From the NCBI GenBank assembly GCA_040767365.1, contig JAXGOR010000002.1:247150-311149 (forward strand): 64,000 nt of DNA, written 5' to 3'. Made by a program: the position numbers and the translations under genes. This DNA comes from Clostridia bacterium. Lineage in GTDB: Bacteria; Bacillota; Clostridia; Saccharofermentanales; DTU023. The notes under the pieces were generated by a model. It was not told where the DNA came from and made no database searches. It was given only the letters and a program-made list of their open reading frames with translations. The first letter of the stretch is position 1. Each line of letters begins with the position of its first letter. This document shows, piece after piece, positions 39,596 through 47,847 of this stretch.

Positions 39596-41485
39596 GTGGA
39601 ATGGGTTTTTCCTTTGAACAACGGGGGAGAGATAAAGGGCCTCAGAGATACAGGAATCGAGACATTTAAAGGAGATCCTTTGCGATTCCTAGCCCGAGAA
39701 ATCTGTCAGAACTCACTCGATGCAGGGAAAGAAGGTCAAACGGTTCGAGTTGAGTTTGTCCCCTTTTTTGTTAAGCGGACAGATTTTCCGGGAATAGACT
39801 CTTTGTCGGATGCATTCAGATTAGCCCGTGATTTTTGGGAAATGCTAAAGATTAAACATACCACCCAATTTTTCGAGCAAGCAATCCTTGAATTGCAAAA
39901 AGATTCAATTCCATTTCTAAGAGTAAGCGATTTTAACACCACAGGTCTTAGTGGATCTGATGGAGAATTCAATACGCCTTGGCTGAATCTTACAAAATCA
40001 TCGGGGGTATCTGATAAGGCAGGCACGGCCGGAGGATCATTCGGGATTGGAAAGTATGCCCCCTATGCATGTTCAGCTTTCCAGACTGTATTCTACGGAA
40101 CTATTGATTACGAAAGCAAGGTAGCTTTCCAAGGGGTATCCAGAATAACAAGTTTCCGATTGAGAAATAGCCAAGATATAACCACAAACGTTGGTTATTG
40201 GGGCGACGAGGGCAATAAACCCGCCAAATCATATACATTACTTGACCCGAGATTTGAACGGTCTGCGGAAGATTTTGGGACGGATATTTTCATCACGGGA
40301 TTTAAGTATTTTGATCAACCCGATTGGAAAGAGAACATTCTTGGCTCCATCATAGACGGGTTTTTATTTGCGATTTTTAATAATAAATTGTCTGTTCGGA
40401 TAGAGGATATCGAAATTAATCGCGACACATTACCTAGCATACTGGACGATTACGGCACGTATAGCCAGCAACACGCAGCAAACTATTATGAGGTTCTAGT
40501 TTCTCCTGAAACAAAAAAGTTTTGCGTGGAAAATTTCAATAACCTAGGCGAACTTCGACTAGACTTAATGATACATCCTGAGATGCATAGAAAAGTTGCT
40601 ATGGTCAGGAAGACTGGCATGAAAATTATGGATCGTGGATATATTTCTGGAATTGTTCCTTTTGCAGGTGTTCTATTGATAGAAGGTGACGAAATTAATG
40701 AATACTTAAGAAATTTAGAGAATCCAAGCCATACGGCCTGGGAGCCAGAGCGGATGGAACCTATTTCGAAGAAAGGCCAGGCAGAAAGATATCTCAAAGG
40801 AATCAGGGATTTTATTGTTGAAAGTCTCGAAGAACTTAAGAAAAATGATCCAATTGAAGAAATTGATGCTGACGTCGGTGATTTTTTACCCGATGAGTAC
40901 TCAGATGATGAAACTCAAAAAAGTACAGAATCTGAAAATATCTCAGATAAGACTCAAGATATTAAGAAGCTGACAATCCATACTAGCAGGAAACTTGGTA
41001 GTAAACGAGATGAAGACGGAGTGGAGGGTCTGCCGGACGATGAAGGCCCCCTTGAAGCTGATGTGAATAGGCTGGGGGCCGGTCATAGGGATGGCAAGAG
41101 CCGCGCAGGGGGGCCAGGTGTAGGAGCGGATGAGGGAGAGGGTGAAGGATCTAACTTGGATATTGAAAAACGGAGTCTCAGAGCTGTTAGCCTAGCGAAA
41201 GTGAGATCTATTTGCCTTAACAAAGAAGAAGGACGATACCATTTATCTCTTATCCCCAACGTAACCGCGTCGTCTGGACAAGTCGAAATATTTGTATCTG
41301 CAGAAACTGATCGATATAAGGCTCCCATACGAGATATTCAGGTCATGAATCAACCAGATGCCAATTTTGAAGGTAATCGGATAGTCGATTTGCAGTTTAT
41401 AGAGGGTGAAGCCATTAGGATTCAATTACTCATAGATTATTTTGACTACGTAGCTATGGAGGTTCGAGCACATGGAAATACGTGA
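39596..41485 (+). CDS. Hsp90/sacsin-like GHKL ATPase-domain protein (operon gene A)
   Basis: N-box FLAREICQNSLDA, G1-like VSDFNTTGLSG, G2 box GGSFGIGKYAPYA (compare Hsp90 ELISNSSDA / GQFGVGFYS). Then comes an unassigned middle region, an acidic then Gly-rich linker, and a C-terminal domain of about 100 aa. GTG at 39596 lies 7 nt after AAGGAG. The alternative start is TTG at 39578. Confidence 0.7.
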   Translation: MEWVFPLNNGGEIKGLRDTGIETFKGDPLRFLAREICQNSLDAGKEGQTVRVEFVPFFVKRTDFPGIDSLSDAFRLARDFWEMLKIKHTTQFFEQAILELQKDSIPFLRVSDFNTTGLSGSDGEFNTPWLNLTKSSGVSDKAGTAGGSFGIGKYAPYACSAFQTVFYGTIDYESKVAFQGVSRITSFRLRNSQDITTNVGYWGDEGNKPAKSYTLLDPRFERSAEDFGTDIFITGFKYFDQPDWKENILGSIIDGFLFAIFNNKLSVRIEDIEINRDTLPSILDDYGTYSQQHAANYYEVLVSPETKKFCVENFNNLGELRLDLMIHPEMHRKVAMVRKTGMKIMDRGYISGIVPFAGVLLIEGDEINEYLRNLENPSHTAWEPERMEPISKKGQAERYLKGIRDFIVESLEELKKNDPIEEIDADVGDFLPDEYSDDETQKSTESENISDKTQDIKKLTIHTSRKLGSKRDEDGVEGLPDDEGPLEADVNRLGAGHRDGKSRAGGPGVGADEGEGEGSNLDIEKRSLRAVSLAKVRSICLNKEEGRYHLSLIPNVTASSGQVEIFVSAETDRYKAPIRDIQVMNQPDANFEGNRIVDLQFIEGEAIRIQLLIDYFDYVAMEVRAHGNT

Positions 41486-42365
41486 GAAACTGTATCCTTA
41501 TCCTGTCTTAGCTACATTTACAGATGATTATCGGGATAGTTATTTTGAAACTGTTTTCGATCTACAAAAAGACGGATACGATCTGTGTCTTCACATCTTA
41601 TCTGAACTAAAAAACGAAGAACTCCAAACCCTGCTACTAGAGAATAGAGTGAACTTTGTTTACCACATCGAATGTTCTCAAACAGGTTATAGAGTGGCAG
41701 TCAACACCAATCGCAACGTCTTTGAACATAGAATTATTGATAGCAAAGTTAGCGGAAGACTGCAAGTTTGCTCCTTTATCATTGCCTGCGAGGATTTATC
41801 AAACTATACCAATCAATTGCTACATGGAGACTATAGCGGTTTCACATTTGCTATCGACAGAGGGAATATAATGGCAGTCGGATCACAAAGCGATTTTGAG
41901 ATCGAAAAGACTTTAAGTGATCTGTCGTACGTGCCCTCCGTGATTGCCATTGTTAAGAATCCTGAAGTAGACGCCGAGGGCATGCTAGTGAGTATTGATC
42001 AAAATAAAATAGTAATCAGAATACCTGAAAACGATTTTTACAATTATCGAAGCCTTTCAAAAGAGGTAGGTGCAAAATCTATATTACGATCCCTCATTAT
42101 TGTGCCTGCACTAGCTTACGTGTTAACCGAAGTTGCTAAAAGAGATCCTTCAGAACGCTATATCTATAGTTCTTATTCTTGGTATTTGGCGATTAAGAAA
42201 AACCTGCGCACGATATTCGAATGCAATATAGAAAGTGAAGACTTCGCAGAGTTAGACATGTTACGTCTAGCGCAAAGGATTTTGAATTCTCCGCTTGGGA
42301 AAGCATTATCCACCTTGGCTCAAGATTATGGGATTTTTGTAGGAGATGGTGACGAATGGATTTAG
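41472..42365 (+). CDS. Hypothetical protein (operon gene B)
   Basis: 297-aa ORF. Its ATG overlaps the end of gene A by 14 nt, and GGAGG lies 9 nt upstream. No motif recognised. Confidence 0.6.
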   Translation: MEIREKLYPYPVLATFTDDYRDSYFETVFDLQKDGYDLCLHILSELKNEELQTLLLENRVNFVYHIECSQTGYRVAVNTNRNVFEHRIIDSKVSGRLQVCSFIIACEDLSNYTNQLLHGDYSGFTFAIDRGNIMAVGSQSDFEIEKTLSDLSYVPSVIAIVKNPEVDAEGMLVSIDQNKIVIRIPENDFYNYRSLSKEVGAKSILRSLIIVPALAYVLTEVAKRDPSERYIYSSYSWYLAIKKNLRTIFECNIESEDFAELDMLRLAQRILNSPLGKALSTLAQDYGIFVGDGDEWI

Positions 42366-43081
42366 TGATTATTAGTGAAGACAGTCTGCTTGATTTACGA
42401 AGCAATTTACCGAGCATACTGCACTATTTTACGGAATCAACTCCTCATTGGCTCAATGAGTATTTTGGCTTTTCGCCATTCCTGGAGACAAAGTATTCGG
42501 TTGAAGACTTCGCTCTGGATATGTCAGCGGATAGGCCATTTCATACAGAATTTGAGAACGTAAAGCGTGTGTATAACCGTCTGAATTTTCTGACCTGTTC
42601 GGAAGCCTCAGATGAGCGTTTATGGGCTGGGTTATGCCTTAAGTATTTTTGGAAATATGTCCAATATCGGTGGAATATTGTGAATCAATGCACACTTGAG
42701 AATGTCTTGCAGCATTATTTTTTTGGCTTTGGGGCTCGTCGCTCTCTGACACGAAATGCTTTGTCTAGACTTTGGTGGATTGGCCACCTGACTTATGACG
42801 ATGAACGGAAAAATCCCTATGCTTTAACTCAATTTGTGTGTGAAAATTCGAATTATATTATGCATATATTGGAACGGAACACATCAAACAATCCCGATAT
42901 TGTTAGGCCCTTCATATCAGCAATTATTGAAGCCCGTTCAGAAGGGTATTCGATCAACACAAATGTCGTAGCAACCTTGTCTCGATATCTCAATTTGTTG
43001 GGGGGAACTTACCTGCTTGATTGTCTCCCACAAGAGATAATTCAAAGAAAAGTAATCGATTACCTGCGGCTTATTTCATAA
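42356..43081 (+). CDS. Hypothetical protein (operon gene C)
   Basis: 241-aa ORF. Its ATG overlaps gene B by 10 nt, and AGGAG lies 10 nt upstream. Trp-rich segments ERLWAGLCLKYFWKYVQYRW and LSRLWWIGHL. No family confidently recognised. Confidence 0.6.
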   Translation: MDLVIISEDSLLDLRSNLPSILHYFTESTPHWLNEYFGFSPFLETKYSVEDFALDMSADRPFHTEFENVKRVYNRLNFLTCSEASDERLWAGLCLKYFWKYVQYRWNIVNQCTLENVLQHYFFGFGARRSLTRNALSRLWWIGHLTYDDERKNPYALTQFVCENSNYIMHILERNTSNNPDIVRPFISAIIEARSEGYSINTNVVATLSRYLNLLGGTYLLDCLPQEIIQRKVIDYLRLIS

Positions 43082-43094
43082 CTGTAGAAAAAGA

Positions 43095-45824
43095 TTGCAA
43101 TATATGTACAAAAATATTTCTGAACTACTAGACGACCCAAAATTTGAGAAGATCGTCCATTATTTAGGATCAAATAAAATTCTTTCATTGGATGACCTGA
43201 TTAATTTTGATGTAGAAGACTTATATTTCATCCCAGGAATAACTTTAGGATTGGTAGAGGAAACCCAAAATAGAATCAATGACTATTTAAAAGGTAAGAC
43301 TCGTATTGCAGACACAGAGATCAACCACAATTTGGAAAAACTAATTCAGACGGGGAAAAGGCGAGCATGCCATCCCACAGAGAACAAAAAAGTCTCAATT
43401 GTTGGGACAGATCCTCAGATAAAAGAAGAGTCAGATAAAAGCGAGGTATGTACAAATAACTATGTCAGAATTCCGATTGATGTTGCGTATGTAAATAGCA
43501 AAAAAGGCGCGTGGTTTGTAAAGTTCTGTTGTGACCGAGGGAAGGTTTTCATGGATCAACTCTCTGAGGAAGATTTTTCTGAACTTAATAGCCAGATAGG
43601 TATAGGCGTAAAGTTTAAGTTGCAGTTGGAAGAGATTTTTAATGAATATCAATCTTCGCCATCGTCTTTTAGTGAACGCTCATCTGAAATTGATTTATCC
43701 CTTTTCGCACATCGCCACTTTTCGACAAATACAAGTCGCTGGCTTAAGAGTGCAGGTATCCGAACCATCAAGGCCATGCGAGGATTTGATTTTGATTATC
43801 TGCTTGATCTTGGCCGAATGAATCGGACCATCTATCGAGAAATAACAGGTTTCCTACATCACTTGAAGGGGCAACCGATTACTAAAAAGAGTCGAGAAAT
43901 TGCTAAAAGTAGTAAGATATATTCTACGAACGATATTGCATCGGAGAACTTTCATATCCAACTCCGTGTTTTCACTCTCTTGTATCTTTTATCTGAGGCA
44001 GATTACCAGGCTTTAGAAGCACGAGGACTTCACATCGTAGGTGATTTGTGCGATCGGGTACTAGACTCATTTGAGCTTGCTGTCGTGGAACGAATTGTTG
44101 GCAAGATTGTTACACCGGTTCTTGAGCAGTACCTACATGCTTTCGAGAGCCTCCCAGATAACCACCGCTCGATCTTGATAAGTAGAGCGACCGGCGATAC
44201 GCTACAGGAGATTGGCGACCGCATCGGGCTTAGTCGAGAAAGAATTAGACAAATTTCAAATAAAGCAACAAAACGTTTGATTAATTGGGCGGTTCTTTTC
44301 GGTGGGTCATTGCTGGGCGAAATGCGGCGTTTTGTTTCTTATAACGAGCTTCTGGAAGCGTTTGATGAACAAGTACATGCCTCGATTATTTCTTTGATTT
44401 ATCGAGAATACACGACCATACAGTATTTAGATTTTCGAGATAAATTCGACTATTTCCCTCAGACCATTTCGGTGTGCGAGCAGTTTGAAATGATGGCACG
44501 CGATCTTATCGGTGATGGTGTAGATTTCTACGATCAAATTGATGTTATTGAAGATGAGTTGGATGTAAGGGGATTAGGGGAGCTAGATTTCGAAGATTTC
44601 ATGCATTATCTGATAAGTTGCGGATATCGTTTTTATGGTGACTTTGTGGCTCTCGACCAGAAGGCCTCAACCCTTATCTATTACGACGCAATCGATCGAT
44701 ATTTTTCCTTGGATATTAAACTTGACTCCAAGAAAGAAAATGAAGATATGAATAAACTGAGGAAAGAAGTTGAAATGAAGTACCCGGGATTCCGTCAACC
44801 TAAAGATAATCGCTCGTTGACTGCCATGATAACGAGAAATCCGCGAATAATTCTCTCTGGTCGTGGAACTTATCGCCCAATTAGCAAGATTGTATACAGT
44901 CGACCGCTACTCAACGAAATTCGGGAATATATACAAAACAGTACCCTGCCCTCGCTATACTATTTTGAATTGTTCGAATCGTTCAAAGGCCGCTTGCTGG
45001 CGGAAACAAGTATCGACAATTATCATCTACTTCATGGGATGCTTAAATACTTGTTTAAAGAATCTTTTTCTTTTAGGCGCGATAGAATCGCTAAATTGGG
45101 AGAAAAACACCTTACCGTTGACGATAGGATTGTCCAGCTTATTCTAAATCTCGGCCGACCAATTACTAAAACGGAAATCAGAAGAACAATTCCAGGCATT
45201 TCTGATTTTGTAATTGCTTTTGCAATAGAAAGAGTTCCGGACTTGATTCAATGGGATAACAACCGGTTTAATCACGTCGACAACGTGCGTTTAGATGATT
45301 ATGCACAAAAAGTATTTTCCGAATGCCTGAAATCGTTGACCAGCGATTCAGGATACACGAGTGCCCAATTATTTTATAAAAAAACATATGATTTATACCC
45401 GCAAGTCATTGAGAACAATAATCTTGAAAACTCAGACAACCTTTTTTATGTTGCATCCTACTATTTAGATAAAGAGTTTCGTTTTAATAGAAAACATATC
45501 GCGTCGTTGGATTTTCCGGTGGAGGAACTTACTGTTGCTAACATAGTTCGCCATTTCTTAGGTGATAAGGATTCTTTCTCTTATGAGGAGTTGCTTGAAT
45601 TGGCGCGTGGGTATGGCTGGTCAACAGCTTCTCTCTACAATACTATTTCTTCACTGAAATCTTACTACGTTAGAGTGGCGGAGGATGAATACATTAAGAG
45701 AGATCTTCTCTGTATATCCCAATCGGATCAGATTGCCATCAAAACGTTACTTGAAAATTTGACGCGACCATCGGGGTACTTTGCCCTCTTTAGTATTTTC
45801 GACTACCGGATGTTTCTGATATAG
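43095..45824 (+). CDS. Large DNA-binding protein with alpha-CTD-like HhH repeats and sigma-70 region-4-like HTH (operon gene D)
   Basis: 909 aa. HhH modules lie at about residues 19-66, 143-185, 205-256 (STNTSRWLKSAGIRTIKAMRGFDFDYLLDLGRMNRTIYREITGFL) and 292-345. A sigma-r4-like HTH lies at residues 352-397 (LPDNHRSILISRATGDTLQEIGDRIGLSRERIRQISNKATKRL). The remaining roughly 500 aa are unassigned. Start is TTG at 43095 or ATG at 43104. Confidence 0.65.
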   Translation: MQYMYKNISELLDDPKFEKIVHYLGSNKILSLDDLINFDVEDLYFIPGITLGLVEETQNRINDYLKGKTRIADTEINHNLEKLIQTGKRRACHPTENKKVSIVGTDPQIKEESDKSEVCTNNYVRIPIDVAYVNSKKGAWFVKFCCDRGKVFMDQLSEEDFSELNSQIGIGVKFKLQLEEIFNEYQSSPSSFSERSSEIDLSLFAHRHFSTNTSRWLKSAGIRTIKAMRGFDFDYLLDLGRMNRTIYREITGFLHHLKGQPITKKSREIAKSSKIYSTNDIASENFHIQLRVFTLLYLLSEADYQALEARGLHIVGDLCDRVLDSFELAVVERIVGKIVTPVLEQYLHAFESLPDNHRSILISRATGDTLQEIGDRIGLSRERIRQISNKATKRLINWAVLFGGSLLGEMRRFVSYNELLEAFDEQVHASIISLIYREYTTIQYLDFRDKFDYFPQTISVCEQFEMMARDLIGDGVDFYDQIDVIEDELDVRGLGELDFEDFMHYLISCGYRFYGDFVALDQKASTLIYYDAIDRYFSLDIKLDSKKENEDMNKLRKEVEMKYPGFRQPKDNRSLTAMITRNPRIILSGRGTYRPISKIVYSRPLLNEIREYIQNSTLPSLYYFELFESFKGRLLAETSIDNYHLLHGMLKYLFKESFSFRRDRIAKLGEKHLTVDDRIVQLILNLGRPITKTEIRRTIPGISDFVIAFAIERVPDLIQWDNNRFNHVDNVRLDDYAQKVFSECLKSLTSDSGYTSAQLFYKKTYDLYPQVIENNNLENSDNLFYVASYYLDKEFRFNRKHIASLDFPVEELTVANIVRHFLGDKDSFSYEELLELARGYGWSTASLYNTISSLKSYYVRVAEDEYIKRDLLCISQSDQIAIKTLLENLTRPSGYFALFSIFDYRMFLI

Positions 45825-46132
45825 GCTTTGATTGGAATGCGCACCTTCTGGCACACATAATTAAAGAGTACGACGTTAGCCACAGATTACTCGAGCCAAT
45901 GAACTCAAATCGTGGCCCTCAGAGGGGTGTTATTGTCTCACAAGTCCATGATTGTAAAACGCACGATGATCTAGTGTTTAGATATCTTAAACAAAATAAT
46001 ATTAAAGTGATCACGAGAAAAGATCTTCAAAAATTACTGGAAAGTGCGGGTATTATCGAAGGAGCCCTTGCATTTGACATTGATAGTTCCCCGCATTGGA
46101 CAATAAAGGGTGACCGTCTTTTTGTCGGATAA
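45794..46132 (+). other. Open frame continuing gene D in the -1 frame (probable C-terminal extension separated by a frameshift)
   Basis: This frame has no stop from 45794 to the TAA at 46130-46132 and overlaps the last 28 nt of gene D. The translation reads sensibly (..LPDVSDIGFDWNAHLLAHIIKEYDVSHRLLEPMNSNRGPQRGVIVSQ...). The ORF track lists only 45899-46132. Confidence 0.45.
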
Positions 46133-46265
46133 CCACAAGAACAGCTTCATTACATATATGGGATAATTTTTGGATTACGCATCATCCTAAGGGTCAAACC
46201 AGTCGTCAGCAATTGGGTAATTCGTACAAGTTCTGATCGTCAAAAAGATTAATATTGTACTGAAA

Positions 46266-47837
46266 TTATTCTAACTCAGCATTATGCATATCTTGTAATT
46301 TAACCTGCCTGCCACACGAAAAAAGCTCTCGTATCTTGTCGTGCGAATAGGGTTTTAGCCTGTGCAAGTCAACAAGTTCTATCATCCTAGAAACACTTAT
46401 GCCTGAACCATCAAGGTTTGTTGCTCTAACGATAGAATTCAATTGTTTGTCAAAAGATGCCGAAAAACCACCCGCAATATATAGGAAAAAACTTAACGGC
46501 GCTAATGAGTCACTGTATTCACTAAAACCACCAATGTAATTATGGACCATCCTATTGTAATGGTCATTGCTAATCGAATATGATCTGTAAGCCTTATTAT
46601 CGATAATTGCCTGATAATTTGAATCTGAGGATAAGATAAGAACGTCCGGTGTTTTACCAAGGGGACCAACATGGGTGGCCTGGAATCCGAAAATTTCTTG
46701 GAATAGTTCAACGGTCGCTTTCTCAAAATTTGTAGCCTGATCAAAGCCTTTAAAAGCCATATCAAAATAATTTGCTAGGAAACCTCCAATAGCCCCTTGC
46801 GGATAAAATCTGTACAAAGTGTCCAAGACAATCTCACTGTCAAGACCGGTTCGTTCTGAAATATATTCAGCGAGGTTAGCGCTAATTTTTACAATCGGCG
46901 TTGCAAGAGCTTTCTCAAGAAAGGCTCTTCTAATTTGTTGTTCGATAATCATTTGGCCAGTGATAGTTCTCGATCCCTCGAGATTCCGTGTGTCTTTACG
47001 ATGATTAGGATCAACTCCAAATTTTCGTTGAAAATATTCGTGGCTTTCTGGCCTGTCTATCAAAGGTGAAGGGGATGTCAAGATCTTTGTGACCTCATCG
47101 AACCGGTCTTCAATTATCCTTATGGTTTTTGATTCGCGTTCGATGAGCTGCGTATATTCAAGCCAGTTGACCAGTGTATTGGCAACATCAAATAATCTTT
47201 CAAATGGGTATTCTTGATTAACATTTGCTCGCGAGGGTTTATATTTCTCAAAAAAATCCGCCGCCAAACAATTATCACCAAATTCTCTAAATTCTAGAAC
47301 CCGGTTAACAACGTGCTCGAAACACTCATCATCTTCATTTTCTGCTTCTGTGATGATGATTTTGGCAATCTCTTCCTCGGTCAGGACACGAATTCGGCTG
47401 TCCGATAGTAGGCGTAACAAAAAGAGGAAAGGACGAATGCGAAATCTGTCTGAAACTTTAACACCTCTTCTTATTGAGAAAGCAGAAGGGAACTGATACT
47501 TGAGTATTTGATTCTTTAGCACAGTGACTGGATTATCACCATTAATAATTGCTTCTCCAGCCAAAGTGAGTTGCACACGATTTGTCGTTTCTTGTGTAAA
47601 GATCAAACCGAGACTCAGTAGCCACGCGGCGTAAGTGCGAGCGCCACCACCTCCTTGATCACGGCGGATGCCATGTCGTTTAATTTCGTCACGTTCGAGA
47701 GTTTCTTCGAGTAATAGATGTGTATTTCGCTGACCTTGCCATTCCGCATCGAGAGAAACTTCAACGAAGGTAGCTAAAACAGAAGGGATGCTGTTCAGTT
47801 TTCTCTTTGGTCTCGTGACCCACCAATAATTGATCAT
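46266..47837 (-). CDS. Type IIS restriction endonuclease, AlwI family with FokI-like cleavage domain
   Basis: N-terminus WWVTRPKRKL, and ILKYQFPSAF / IRPFLFLLRLL, as in N.BstNBI/AlwI-family enzymes. The C-terminal TPDVLILSSDSNYQAIIDNKAYRSYSISNDHYNRMVHNYI closely resembles the FokI catalytic segment (..IVDTKAYSGGYNL..EMQRYV). It starts 10 nt after the methyltransferase stop. Confidence 0.65.
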   Translation of the reverse strand: MINYWWVTRPKRKLNSIPSVLATFVEVSLDAEWQGQRNTHLLLEETLERDEIKRHGIRRDQGGGGARTYAAWLLSLGLIFTQETTNRVQLTLAGEAIINGDNPVTVLKNQILKYQFPSAFSIRRGVKVSDRFRIRPFLFLLRLLSDSRIRVLTEEEIAKIIITEAENEDDECFEHVVNRVLEFREFGDNCLAADFFEKYKPSRANVNQEYPFERLFDVANTLVNWLEYTQLIERESKTIRIIEDRFDEVTKILTSPSPLIDRPESHEYFQRKFGVDPNHRKDTRNLEGSRTITGQMIIEQQIRRAFLEKALATPIVKISANLAEYISERTGLDSEIVLDTLYRFYPQGAIGGFLANYFDMAFKGFDQATNFEKATVELFQEIFGFQATHVGPLGKTPDVLILSSDSNYQAIIDNKAYRSYSISNDHYNRMVHNYIGGFSEYSDSLAPLSFFLYIAGGFSASFDKQLNSIVRATNLDGSGISVSRMIELVDLHRLKPYSHDKIRELFSCGRQVKLQDMHNAELE

Positions 47838-47847
47838 AATTTACTTC

